Assembly: GCA_000002445.1 (NCBI GenBank)
Contig: CH464491.1
Location: 2,656,001-2,720,000 of the forward strand
Length of the DNA: 64,000 nt
Direction of reading: 5' to 3'
DNA from: Trypanosoma brucei
Taxonomy: Eukaryota
Positions 41,348-51,989 of the stretch are shown one piece after another (the stretch's first letter is position 1; each line of letters starts with the position of its first letter). The position numbers and the translations under genes are program-made. The notes under the pieces are model-generated. The model was not told where the DNA came from and did not search any database. It worked only from the letters and a program-made list of their open reading frames with translations.

Positions 41348-42548
41348 GCAAGCAGCCCGCAGTTGCTCGAATCAACGGGCGTCCGATGTCGAAGCATCTC
41401 TTTCTTTTTTTTTTTTACAAAAAAACCTATACAAGCATACATGAATTCAGGACGTGTGTGTTTAGTGCTTTATTTTATTGAAGAATGCTGTGTGCGTATT
41501 GTTAGACTATTTCAAGCAATGGTGACGTATGGGAGACGAGTAGTGTTGACTCCGGAAACTAGTGAAACCCCGTGCGTTGTAACAGACGGATGCTTTTTGC
41601 ACTTCCACTTATATTTTTTTCACTCGCGCAGAGGGCGGTGGCGGCGGTAGAACGTCTGTGGTAGGGCAATCGGCTTCAAAAAACATTAGCGAGCTGGCAA
41701 ACAGCTTTTAATACCTTCCTTGAGCACCTTTCCTGATATATACCTGTTCATCAAATTACAAAAAAAAAAAAGAAAACACCGATGGAAACTTTCGAGTGAT
41801 GAGTATTCCCGAAAAGTGTGTACGAGATGCCCTCTCTTTACAGCAACCCAACACACTTTTCGGGAATTGGGATTACTACAACATTATCGCTATGCCGCGC
41901 AGCGGGATCGGTTGGACCACGCCTGAAGACCCATCTCTTCTCCCGGTTCTGATACTCTTCGTCCCCACTAGACAGGGCCGACGCTTGCCAGGGAGAATTG
42001 CCCGCTGTCCCTGGTGGGTTTGTGCATGCATTGCAACGCATAGCAGCCGCATAGAGATTAATTTGTGAGGTATATATATATATATACATGCTTGTGCAGG
42101 AGGACGAGATAATGATTGGCCAGGGAGGTGTGCATGGTTGTACTGGGGAGAACATTAATCCAGCACCTCCTCCATCTTTCTTCCTCATTACTATTATTAT
42201 TGTAACTGTCATTATTGTTGTCTTTTGGTGTTTGATCACGTGAAGAAGCCGTAATCACTGCAGCGCCGAGTACAATGTCGCCCTTACCCACCCCGTCTTC
42301 CTTACTTCTTTGACAGGTACGTTCCAATAGTTATTTCTGTTTGGGCGGGAGTTAAAGGAGATCATATATATTTCTTTCTGTTTAACCAGGGAATAAACGC
42401 CATTAATTATCGCGGTCCCCAAGCACGTTAGTAACGGTAAGCGGAAAGAACATGCATGGGTGGAAGCACTTGGTTTTGATACGAACACACAAACTTCCCA
42501 CGGCTCTCTGGTACTGCATTTCCAATTTCACATGAACTCTCACCTAAG

Positions 42549-43811
42549 TTGCGGGCAAACGCAGAGAAACCCACGGAGAAAGAGGGAAGTGTTAGATCAC
42601 TTTACAACAACATGATACATCTCCCAACATCAACTACACCCACCGGTGACGGAACTACGAGCTGGTTCACTCTTACGGACTCGCATTGTCACCTTAAGTT
42701 GGATATCAACACAAGGAGGAGCACTTCACCAGCAAGCTCGGGACATGTGCCGTTTGTATGTGGTATCAAGCGGGCTGTTATATGTGGTACTCACCCCGAT
42801 ATCGACTGGGGCCTCATTGAGGATGTTGCAACATCACCTCCAACATTGGAGGTGCAATCGGCTTCCGAATCTGAGGAATCATGGAGCGGTGCTATCATCC
42901 CCGGTTTCGGCATTCACCCGTGGTTCGTCCCATATGCTGAAGAGGGGAAGGAAGGGACCGCGTGCGTAACTAATGGAAAGGAGGAGAGAGAAGAGGGATC
43001 GACTAGCGCTTGCAGGTGCTGCTGCCATGCTAATGCCACTTCGACAAATGTGGTGCGCCGAAGCCCGAGGGAGCTGCTAGATCTCTTGGAAAGGGCCCTG
43101 GAGCGATTCCCGCAGGCTATCGTTGGTGAGATCGGCCTGGACAAACTGCGCGGCCCACCTGAACCTGTACAGCTGGAGCTATTTTTGGGACAGATGAAAC
43201 TCGCCGCCCGCTACGGGCGCCCGGTATCGGTGCATTGTGTGCGTAGCTTCGGCACCATGTTGTCGGCGTTGCAGCAGCTTGCCTTCGAAGACACACCACC
43301 GTCGATTGTGCTCCATGGCTTCACGGGATCGCTCGACTTCGTACGATCGGCCATAAAAATTCAGAAGAGGGGACCTTTTGTCATCGGTACAGGTTCACGT
43401 TCGAAGCCCAAGGCGCGGCCGCTCCGCATTTTCTTTGGTGTGGGTGCCGCAACAAGTTTTCGGGTGAAAGGTTTTGTGGATAAGGTACTGCCTTTCCTGC
43501 TTAAGGAGGGGCGTGCGTTACTGGAAACGGATGCCCATCATATATTTGCCCGCAGCAATGATACAACTCCCACATTTGTACCTTCGCCAGGTCGGTCCCC
43601 ACGAGTTCCTTCAGCTTCAGGAGGCGGTGTGGAGCGTCATGAACAACGAAGATGCGTGCAGAGGTTGGAGGTGCTTGGGTGTGAACAACTGGGGCAACTC
43701 CTTTGGTTGGCAAGTGATGGTGATATCAGGGTGGCGAGGGATATAGTGGAAGGTTGTGAGAGGACTTGCAAGGACGTCTTCTCGTTTGCGGGTGTGTTAC
43801 CTGGTGTTTAG
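42549..43811 (+). CDS. TatD-related metal-dependent deoxyribonuclease/hydrolase
   Basis: DSHCHL (metal-binding His pair) near the N-terminus, GEIGLDKLRG (TatD signature GEiGLD) and VSVHCVRS.. (second His). These are in the order expected for the TIM-barrel TatD family, with inserts. Confidence 0.65.
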   Translation: MRANAEKPTEKEGSVRSLYNNMIHLPTSTTPTGDGTTSWFTLTDSHCHLKLDINTRRSTSPASSGHVPFVCGIKRAVICGTHPDIDWGLIEDVATSPPTLEVQSASESEESWSGAIIPGFGIHPWFVPYAEEGKEGTACVTNGKEEREEGSTSACRCCCHANATSTNVVRRSPRELLDLLERALERFPQAIVGEIGLDKLRGPPEPVQLELFLGQMKLAARYGRPVSVHCVRSFGTMLSALQQLAFEDTPPSIVLHGFTGSLDFVRSAIKIQKRGPFVIGTGSRSKPKARPLRIFFGVGAATSFRVKGFVDKVLPFLLKEGRALLETDAHHIFARSNDTTPTFVPSPGRSPRVPSASGGGVERHEQRRCVQRLEVLGCEQLGQLLWLASDGDIRVARDIVEGCERTCKDVFSFAGVLPGV

Positions 43812-44226
43812 TGGAAGTTTTTTCAATTGCCTTCACCCGTTGTGTGCAATCATGCATACGTATGTATGTGTTCGTATGCTCTTTTAGCCTTGTCAGTCTT
43901 CTGCTGCCCACACCAATCGTACACTTCATCGCGGGGGAGGGTTCTTTTCCCTCCCAATCCGTGCGAGGAGTGTCGTGTATTCAAGTGCGCCAACGAGTTT
44001 CGAACAACTTTAGTCGTTTCTGGTCTCATGCGGCGGAAATGAGGGAAAAGGGGGGACGAAGCATTCTTCTCTTTTGTTCTGTCCTGTGCGGGTGCGTGAA
44101 TACCTGCCTACAGGAGTGCATTCTGAGCTGCCTTCTACTTTTTTTTTCTTTTGGTCCTTTTAGTGTACTCTGTCACTTTGAAATTAAGGAGAAATTAGGA
44201 GAAAAGCAAAAGGTTGTGCTTGCAAA

Positions 44227-46167
44227 ATGTTCTTCTGGGGTTCGTACAACTTTTTTGAACCCCGACAGGCGGACCCCCCTAATCGGCCGCCGCTGCGTTA
44301 CCCCGTATATGTGCCCCCGTCGCTTTCCATGATGGCTGACGCTGGGATTGCAGAGCCCGAGAAAATTTTAAAAACTGAACAGGACGACATCCAAAGCACA
44401 TTGCAACATGTGGACAACCATCGTATCGTCGTGAAGCTGATTGGTTGTGGCCAAAAACATTTGGTGGGGCTTATGGGCCTGGCCCCCAAATCAAGCATGG
44501 GTTCTGCTTTGCCGCGTAGGGAAGGTGCCGTCACATCTGATATCGGTTCGAATGTGACATATGCACTGTATGGCATGGGAAGCAATCACAGTGGCCAGTT
44601 GGGCCATCGCCTGCCAACGTACAGCACCACATTGGTAAAACTCCAATTTGAGGAGTTGTTGCCACCAGGAGTCACCGTTTCTAGCATTGCCTGTGGTGAT
44701 AAATACACAGTTGTTTCTACTTCCGATGGGCTTGCGTTCGCCGCCGGAGATAACAGCTTTAGTCAACTTGGTACAGTGGGAAAAGGGCTTGGTTTTGCTC
44801 CTGTTCGTGGTATACATAACATTAAGCGAGTCTTCGCCGGTGGTAACGCAACCTTCGCCCTAGATGGTAACGGCCAACTCTTCTCATGGGGTGAAGCACA
44901 GTACGGACACCTGTGCCATGGAGACAACGGCCAGCGGTTGGATGTAAAAACACTGAAAACTGTGAACACCAATGTTTCCGTGCCTACAAGGATCGAATGG
45001 TTCGTCCGCCGTCACGTTACTATTGTGGATGTGTCAGTATCCCGAAGTCACGTGGTGTGCCGTAGCGGCGATGAAGTGTACACGTGTGGTGATGGTACAT
45101 ATGGAAAGCTGTGCTCAGGGAGTTTCGAATCGTCGTACTTACCTGTGCGTGTCAAATTTCCAGAGCGTACCCACCCTGAGCGTGTCTGTGCCATTGCTGC
45201 TGGGGATGATCATACGCTAATTCTTCGCGAATCAAGTGCCGTTGGTGCCGTTGTTTATTACTTCGGCAAAGCAAAAAACGGTGATGGGCAGTTGATCCCA
45301 GACATCATATCTTTGCCATCAAACGTTCAAAATATATTCGCTGGGCGAGGAACGTTTTCTGCGGCAACAACGAGTGATGGGCTTTTGTACGTATGGGGAA
45401 AGCAAGTGTACACTGGCTTGTCAAACGGTACTTCAGGTAAGGCTTCTCGCAGTTACCCGTGTAGCGTTGTGGCTTTAGAATCACATAACATTACCAGCGT
45501 CGCCGCAGGCGCCACGTTTGTAGTGGCGACCGGTGGTGAAAGGCGTGCCTGTGAAGGCATCGCCAACGAAGGGGAAAGATGGGATATAGTGATTCCACAC
45601 GACGATAGAACTGAGTCAGGGTATGGCGATTCCTTCAGCTCGAGATACGAAAGTGCGGTTCAGGCGTTTCTCACACAGTACCTTGGTCCATCAGTCGCTG
45701 GAGCATATATATCTGGCATTCCAGAAGCTCCGTTGGCGACCAATCCGAACGCCAACAGGTTTAAACCCATCGGTGCACACTCCCTAACCGTAGGACAAAA
45801 GGTGCGGTTGTGGATGACAGACGTGTACGCATTAGCCTCCATAACGAAAGTGTTTGGACGCAAGGAGCAATCAAATCACGTTGATATCAGCGGCAAGACC
45901 AACGAAGAAGAAAGAGATCATCAACAACACCTTCAAATAAAGAATGAAGAGGAAGAGAAGGAAAATTTAGGGCTCTCAGAGGTCAGTGGCTCGGCCGATG
46001 CACCGGGTTATCGCTTCTGTATTGAGTGGCAAAGGGATGATTGGAGAGACGAGGAAGTTACGTTGTACTCTGACGATGAAACTTTAGAGGAAACAAACCC
46101 CAACAGATGGCAGCCACTGTGGTTCCTCTACGACGAAACAGCTGGAAACTATGTCGTCGGAAAATGA
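44227..46167 (+). CDS. RCC1-repeat (regulator of chromosome condensation-like beta-propeller) protein, 646 aa
   Basis: Repeated blades each ending in the G..GQLG motif: YALYGMGSNHSGQLGH, FAAGDNSFSQLG, LFSWGEAQYGHLCHG, VYTCGDGTYGKLC, YYFGKAKNGDGQL, LYVWGKQVYTGL. Confidence 0.7.
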   Translation: MFFWGSYNFFEPRQADPPNRPPLRYPVYVPPSLSMMADAGIAEPEKILKTEQDDIQSTLQHVDNHRIVVKLIGCGQKHLVGLMGLAPKSSMGSALPRREGAVTSDIGSNVTYALYGMGSNHSGQLGHRLPTYSTTLVKLQFEELLPPGVTVSSIACGDKYTVVSTSDGLAFAAGDNSFSQLGTVGKGLGFAPVRGIHNIKRVFAGGNATFALDGNGQLFSWGEAQYGHLCHGDNGQRLDVKTLKTVNTNVSVPTRIEWFVRRHVTIVDVSVSRSHVVCRSGDEVYTCGDGTYGKLCSGSFESSYLPVRVKFPERTHPERVCAIAAGDDHTLILRESSAVGAVVYYFGKAKNGDGQLIPDIISLPSNVQNIFAGRGTFSAATTSDGLLYVWGKQVYTGLSNGTSGKASRSYPCSVVALESHNITSVAAGATFVVATGGERRACEGIANEGERWDIVIPHDDRTESGYGDSFSSRYESAVQAFLTQYLGPSVAGAYISGIPEAPLATNPNANRFKPIGAHSLTVGQKVRLWMTDVYALASITKVFGRKEQSNHVDISGKTNEEERDHQQHLQIKNEEEEKENLGLSEVSGSADAPGYRFCIEWQRDDWRDEEVTLYSDDETLEETNPNRWQPLWFLYDETAGNYVVGK

Positions 46168-46617
46168 AATGGTAGGTGATACACAAAAGCTCGTTGGAAT
46201 AGAAAGCTGTGTACAACTGAATATATATTTTTTAAATCATAAAAAAGGGATGAACAAAGCCCCATCGAACAAGGTCGATGCGACACATATCATAAGGCAC
46301 ACAAAGAAGAATACGAAACAGCTATTACAGTAAACTGAGCGACAGAAGAAATTACAAAAAAATATTAAAAACTATAAAAAACCTGCGGAAAGAAGCTAAC
46401 TGACATACTTACGAAAAACCATTAAAATAATACGCAAGAACAAAAAAATAATTCAACTTCATCCCCTATCAAAAAAAAAAAAGAACACACAAACGAAAGG
46501 TAAATTAAAAATAAAACGGAAAAATAAAAAAAAAGATAGGTCGATATGACAGATGCGGCGTGAAGCTCTGCCACTGGTGCATCAGTAGCTCGGCATTACT
46601 GTGTTCGATGCTCTGCG

Positions 46618-46712
46618 CTCAGTGGACATGATGCTCCGCCGCCCATATATCCCGTTATGTATATCCTGTGTGCGCTCTAGTTCCGTTGGGACCCTGAAGA
46701 GTAAGCACACTA
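46618..46712 (+). ncRNA. Second C/D-box-like snoRNA candidate (C box variant AUGAUGC at 46628-46634; D box CUGA at 46694-46697). It is repeated at about 47440-47534.
   Basis: ..gtggacATGATGCtccgcc...(about 60 nt)...gggacccCTGAagagtaag. The C box deviates at the last position and the terminal stem is weak, so this is tentative. Confidence 0.35.
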
Positions 46713-46761
46713 AACCATGCATTATACATGACCATACCCCATATATACACAATTGTAAAGC

Positions 46762-46828
46762 TCTTTTATGTAGTGTGCGTACCACGAAAGTAGCAGGTAC
46801 TGCACACGAAACTGGAGAGCGAGACTCT
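46762..46828 (+). ncRNA. Possible single-hairpin H/ACA-like snoRNA (kinetoplastid AGA-box type). It is repeated at about 47584-47650.
   Basis: An imperfect inverted repeat GTGTGCGTACC (46774-46784) / GGTAC(T)GCACAC (46796-46807) with a 11-nt loop is followed by AGA triplets (46816-46818, 46822-46824). This is weak and based on structure only. Confidence 0.25.
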
Positions 46829-46859
46829 TCATTTCGACTATGGACCATATGGTTGTAGC

Positions 46860-46942
46860 CGTTGAATGATGACTGACAAAACATCACAGACTTTGATGAC
46901 CCCATGAACAAGAAAAATTGTCGCCCCAGACTGATTTTCACT
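46860..46942 (+). ncRNA. C/D-box snoRNA candidate (copy 1)
   Basis: ccGTTGAaTGATGActgac..(C box UGAUGA at 46867-46872) ...cttTGATGAcc (C' box at 46894-46899) ...ccccagaCTGAttttca (D box CUGA at 46931-46934). The 5' UGAA and 3' UUCA can pair as a 4-bp terminal stem flanking the C and D boxes. Length is about 80 nt. It lies on the same strand as the PTU, typical of kinetoplastid C/D snoRNAs. Confidence 0.6.
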
Positions 46943-47681
46943 CCCACCCCTGTATACTGACACTGGCACTTTCCTGCCGCTGTCACTGTCGCTGTTTTCG
47001 TTCATACTCTCAAATACTCTCACATTCACACACTCTTTCTCCTTCCCCTCCTTTTGACCCTCTTTGTTGTTGCCACCGTGAAGTGATTGACACCTAGGCC
47101 GATGTAAAGCCGTCGCAGATGGACGTCGATATCTTGTGAAAACAGTACTATTTTATGCCCTGACTGATCGCCGTGGCCGCCCCACTCACTACGTTTGTTG
47201 TGTAGTGTACATCCCTCTCATTTTGCTCCGTCCCCCCTCCCTCTCCTTCTGTTTCCCTTTTCTCCCCTCTTCCTTTCAGTTGGCACCGCGACAAGGTCAG
47301 CCTGAGGGCACACCTTCAGTGTGTGTACGGCCTCGGGAGGGCGTATATCCGCTCGAGTCGCAGAGCGAGGGAAATGGTGGCGTGAAGCTCTGCCACTGGT
47401 GCATCAGTAGCTCGGCATTACTGTGTTCGATGCTCTGCGCTCAGTGGACATGATGCTCCGCCGCCCATATATCCCGTTATGTATATCCTGTGTGCGCTCT
47501 AGTTCCGTTGGGACCCTGAAGAGTAAGCACACTAAACCATGCATTATACATGACCATACCCCATATATACACAATTGTAAAGCTCTTTTATGTAGTGTGC
47601 GTACCACGAAAGTAGCAGGTACTGCACACGAAACTGGAGAGCGAGACTCTTCATTTCGACTATGGACCATATGGTTGTAAC

Positions 47682-47764
47682 CGTTGAATGATGACTGACA
47701 AAACATCACAGACTTTGATGACCCCATGAACAAGAAAAATTGTCGCCCCAGACTGATTTTCACT
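47682..47764 (+). ncRNA. C/D-box snoRNA candidate (copy 2 of the 46860-46942 element, with one SNP upstream of the C box)
   Basis: Same C (47689-47694), C' and D boxes, displaced by exactly 822 bp. Confidence 0.6.
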
Positions 47765-48722
47765 CCCACCCCTGTATACTGACACTGGCACTTTCCTGCC
47801 GCTGTCACTGTCGCTGTTTTCGTTCATGCCCTCAAATACTCTCACATACTCACACATTCACACACTCTTTCTCCTTCCCCTCCTTTTGACCCTCTTTGTT
47901 GTTGCCACCGTGAAGTGATTGACACCTAGGCCGATGTAAAGCCGTCGCAGATGGACGTTGATATCTTGTGAAAACAGTACTATTTTATGCCCTGACTGAT
48001 CGCCGTGGCCGCCCCACTCACTACGTTTGTTGTGTAGTGTACATCCCTCTCATTTTGCTCCGTCCCCCCTCCCTCTCCTTCTGTTTCCCTTTCCTCCCCT
48101 CTTTCTTTAAGTTGGCACCGCGACAGTTTATTTTGAGTTTTTGCCCTTTATGGTTTATCTCTATGAAAACTGTCGAAGATTAAGGGAAATAATGGCGTGA
48201 AGCTCTGCTGCTCGTGCATCAGTAGCTCGGCGTAATTTTGTTTGATGCTCTGCGCAATGTATACTCTTTGTTGAACTGTATTTTTGTTTACTTTTTGACT
48301 CTGAGTTTTTACTTGTGATTGTGATGCTCAAACCCTTTTTTTTCGCCTGATGCGCTGTATGTAATGGACTTGATGCTTATCTCTTTCGGACAATGATGAC
48401 GCATGTTGTAGTGTGACGCTCGATGATTTAATCGTGTGATGCTCCTCTGCACTGCCCTTTGTTGTTTGTTAAGGTGGTCGATGCTCAGTCCTATAGCACA
48501 TGATGCTCTGCCGTTGTTATACTCGCTATGCACGAAGTTGGTACTCTAGTCTGTTTGACCTTGATGAGTTGCCTGCTTTGGTATGTTGCATCGCACATAA
48601 TTCCCAGTGCATCTTATGTGGAAACTGTACTTGCGTTAATCTACCTATTTTTTATTTGTCACTTTTTTTGTACATTTTCCCCTTCTTTTTTTAACTCTTG
48701 ATCATGGACGTGAAAAGTTAGG

Positions 48723-49700
48723 TTGGTTACTGGCTGTGCTATTTCTTTTTTTTTTACTTTGTTGGTGGTGCTTGTTTGTGATATCATGACGGTGTTGTCA
48801 CGGGTGCTTCTGGGTGCAGCGGTGGGAAGTGTGAGTGCGGCATTTAACATAGCGTGGTGTGATTCATCATTGCAAAGCGGTTCTGTGCTTTCTGTAAACA
48901 GTTTACTGCCTGTGGATGAAATTATTAGAGCGGATGGAAAGAACGCCAGTCTTAAGTCTTGGGGTGTTCCGTGGGTTGAGGATTGGGACTGTCTTGAGGC
49001 GAAGGACGGAGCGGCGGGAAAAAGTTCGGGGCATAAACGCCAGCTGATTTTGATACGTCACGGGCAATACCAAAATGAGAAGAGTAGTGATGACCGGCAA
49101 CGCACTCTTACTCAACTTGGGGAGGAACAGGCGAGACTCACCGGAAGGTATTTGTGGCAGGCGTTTCAGCAGAAACGTTTGGTGAAGGAACTGGGTAGTG
49201 AACCGGCGCTTGGGGTTGATAACTTCATGGGCGGGTTGTTGCGTTTCCATGAGCCGAAAGAAATCTACGTCTCGGATATGACTCGTGCTCAGCAAACTGT
49301 CAAACTCATAACGGAAGCTTTTCCCTACCACATACGTGCGCGAGTAAAAACTGATCCCATTCTTAGGGAGCGGTATCCCTGTGACCCTCAGCCGCCGCAT
49401 AAGCACCGATCTGCAGCGCACAGCGACATGTTAGCGGTGGAGGAGGTGTTCAAAAAATATTTTCATAGACCCTTAAAGGACGAGTCGTCTGTCGAGGTTA
49501 TTGTGGGACACGCCAATGTCATTCGGTATTTGGTGTGCCGCGCACTGCAGTTGCCCCCAGAAGCGTGGCTGCGCATTTCGCTTCCCCACTGTAGCATCAC
49601 AAGTCTCGTGATTGGTGCAAACGGTCACGTCAGTTTATCTTCGCTTGGGTCGGCAGGGCACCTGCCCGTCGACATGGTCACAACTCATAACGTTCCGTAA
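48723..49700 (+). CDS. PGAM5-like histidine-phosphatase-family (phosphoglycerate mutase fold) Ser/Thr phosphatase with N-terminal membrane anchor
   Basis: N-terminal hydrophobic segment (AISFFFTLLVVLVCDIMTVLSRVLLGAAVG). WVEDWDCLE resembles the PGAM5 WDxNWD motif. LILIRHGQY is the catalytic RHG motif. C-terminal GHANVIRY is the second His. Confidence 0.6.
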   Translation: MVTGCAISFFFTLLVVLVCDIMTVLSRVLLGAAVGSVSAAFNIAWCDSSLQSGSVLSVNSLLPVDEIIRADGKNASLKSWGVPWVEDWDCLEAKDGAAGKSSGHKRQLILIRHGQYQNEKSSDDRQRTLTQLGEEQARLTGRYLWQAFQQKRLVKELGSEPALGVDNFMGGLLRFHEPKEIYVSDMTRAQQTVKLITEAFPYHIRARVKTDPILRERYPCDPQPPHKHRSAAHSDMLAVEEVFKKYFHRPLKDESSVEVIVGHANVIRYLVCRALQLPPEAWLRISLPHCSITSLVIGANGHVSLSSLGSAGHLPVDMVTTHNVP

Positions 49701-50954
49701 TTTGTTTTAAAAGCGGTGAAAGGGGGAGGGGTCGCCGCGGAAATAATACTAAGGGCGGGACCTTTTCTGTTTTCCTTCTTTTTTCCTTACTTGGGTGTGC
49801 GTCAGATGAAATAAGGAAAAAAAACTGAAGGAGAAGGACGGTCAGGTCGGTGTCGTTCAGCTTTGCGCGAAGGCTTGTGCCGGCAGTTTATGTCTCTAAG
49901 ACTCAGGTGATGTGTTTTCCTGCATCTCTCACCCAAAGCACACACACACTTACGTGCGCATGGTTTTCCTCTCTTTATGTCTCTATTTGTTTGCGTCCCC
50001 TTTAGTGGTGTAAAAAGCGAGGAGATCCTTCGGCTCTCATCCTTTTAGCTTCTTTCTCCCCTTCGTTTTGTTTCTTTCTTTAATCCCTCGTTCACCTCTT
50101 TGCTTATTCAAGGTATTTTTGTGGGGGTTACCGTTTTCAGCTAAGACAGATAAGTGTATTTTCGTTAGTGTCTTTTTTTTTTTTTGCAAGCCACTGCATA
50201 GTAAGCCCTTTTGTTGTTTTTAAATCTCCCCACTCAAGGCCCTCATGAACAATCCCACCGGTGAGTGTACTCATTTAGTCTCGTGCGTGGACCTAGGAGC
50301 GCCAAGATTTCATTCACTTGAGATAGGGGTGACAGCCAGAGGCAGGAAAAAAATACAGCAACAACGAAAGTTGTGGAAGTGTGGACGTGATGAAGAAAAA
50401 TTATTTACTTCTGTTTGGAGAGGGTTCAGGAACACTCTCCATGACGTTACCATAATTAATCCATTCTCTGATCACGTTCAGTCGCTTCTTCTTTCCTCCC
50501 CCTTTCCGCGTCCCCTGTGTTAGTTACAACATTTAACGTGATGAAAAACCTTTCATGCTGTGTGACGTACTCCCTTATGAGGGCAGGCACAAGCTGCTTG
50601 CGGCCTAGTGTCATGCAATTGATTATAGACGGCATTCTGAAAAAGTAACTTACTCTCTCTCCCCTCCTTTTGTTTACCTCCTCTCTCTCTCTGTGTGTGT
50701 GTGTGTGTGTCTGACCTCTTTTTTTTTTCTGTTCTGAGAGTGTATCTGTTTGCCTCCACCATAACGGGTACTACACATAACAACTACTTTGACAAACAAA
50801 GTTTGATTTACCTATCTTATTTATCTTGTTTCACATGGCACTGCGCATCATTTTATCTGCATTCGAAGAATCTGTATTATGTGCTCTCTCGCTTCTACTT
50901 TTCACGCCTCTCGTTCCTGTTTCTATTTCATTCACATATTTATCTTGAAGAAAG

Positions 50955-51989
50955 GTGCTCGTGGACCAAATGGACGTGGGGTATTACGTTCCCCCTCGGT
51001 GCACCAGGCTTGTTTCCTCAGTCATGGATGCATTCGTTGGTGCCTCCGAGAGGCAGTTTAAGGAGATTGATGCCGCCTGTAAAATACAATCGTTGTACCG
51101 AATGTGGCGTGAGCGTTGTGCATACCGGCGTATTCGCAATGCCGCCCTAAACGTACAAAGATTGTACCGTGGCCACCTAGATCGCAGACGTGTGTTGGAG
51201 ACGCGGGCTCTGAATGCTGCCCTCCACGAGGGATCAGTCTACGAATATTACGCTTCTCTTATACAGGCTTGCTTCCGTGGTTACTATGTGCGTCGGTACG
51301 TGGACAACTTCTATGCAAGGAGAAGTTACGTTCAAATGACAGTAAAGGCATCTGACGCTGTGCGGGAGGCGGCGGAGGTGCAGTTGAAGGAGCAGCAGGA
51401 GCGTGAGGCGGCGGAGAAGATAAGAAGGAGAGATCTTAGGTACAAGAGGGCCACAGAGAAATTGCACTACATAACTTCCACTTTGAATTGTGGAGGGATA
51501 TACAAGCGTCCCACGGATATCTCCTCGGCGACAACAATATATGGAACGTGCGTGGAGGATGACATTCGGAATGGGTCGAAGGCCGTTCGTCGCCCACAGC
51601 TGGAAACGACAGTGCGCAATAGGCTGAAGATGGCCTCCGTGTCGGCCAGGAAGGAGAGAGGAGAGTGGGGCAGAAGACCACCCGCGTCTCAGGACCTTCA
51701 GCAAGCAGGAGGAGACACGGGTGAAAAGACGGATAGCATGATGTATTTTACTGTAACATCAGGCGCATGGAACCGTAGCGGCGTGAAGGGGTGTAGCCTT
51801 CCGCCCATTCGCGGTCCAGATGAAGTGGACGCGGTGAAATGTAACGTGGTGTCGCATTGTTGCATTGAGGACTTTCTGTCCACGTACGATGAAGAAAAGT
51901 TGAAGATAGAGCGTTCAGTAGACAAGAAAGAGATTGAGTTGGCACACAAAAAGCAGCGATTCACTGTCTCAGCCTCCGCTTCTCTATAG
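50955..51989 (+). CDS. IQ-motif (calmodulin-binding) containing protein, 344 aa
   Basis: Consecutive IQ-like motifs: AACKIQSLYRMWRERCAYRRIRNAALNVQRLYRGHLDRRRV and LIQACFRGYYVRRYV. Confidence 0.5.
   Translation: MLVDQMDVGYYVPPRCTRLVSSVMDAFVGASERQFKEIDAACKIQSLYRMWRERCAYRRIRNAALNVQRLYRGHLDRRRVLETRALNAALHEGSVYEYYASLIQACFRGYYVRRYVDNFYARRSYVQMTVKASDAVREAAEVQLKEQQEREAAEKIRRRDLRYKRATEKLHYITSTLNCGGIYKRPTDISSATTIYGTCVEDDIRNGSKAVRRPQLETTVRNRLKMASVSARKERGEWGRRPPASQDLQQAGGDTGEKTDSMMYFTVTSGAWNRSGVKGCSLPPIRGPDEVDAVKCNVVSHCCIEDFLSTYDEEKLKIERSVDKKEIELAHKKQRFTVSASASL

Larger units (their letters stand above)
46555..48255 (+). repeat. Tandem direct repeat, unit about 822 bp: copy 1 at 46555-47376, copy 2 at 47377-48131 (diverges at its 3' end), and a degenerate beginning of copy 3 at 48194-48255. 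Tandemly reiterated snoRNA gene cluster.
   Basis: Identical 134-aa minus-strand and 85-aa plus-strand ORF pairs in the track sit exactly 822 bp apart (46582 vs 47404; 46601 vs 47423). Direct reading shows the units differ only by a few SNPs and one roughly 10-bp indel. The unit start motif GGCGTGAAGCTCTGC recurs at 46558, 47380 and 48194. Confidence 0.9.

Noticed and set aside
46582-47808. Identical 134-aa minus-strand ORFs (46582..46986 and 47404..47808) and identical 85-aa plus-strand ORFs (46601..46858 and 47423..47680), plus 105/71-aa ORFs at 47136 and 47968
   Set aside because: They are verbatim duplicates because they lie in the 822-bp tandem repeat. The translations are low-complexity and Cys/His-rich with no domain. 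They overlap the C/D snoRNA candidates, and in a kinetoplastid PTU minus-strand genes would be anomalous. I interpret them as non-coding repeat sequence.
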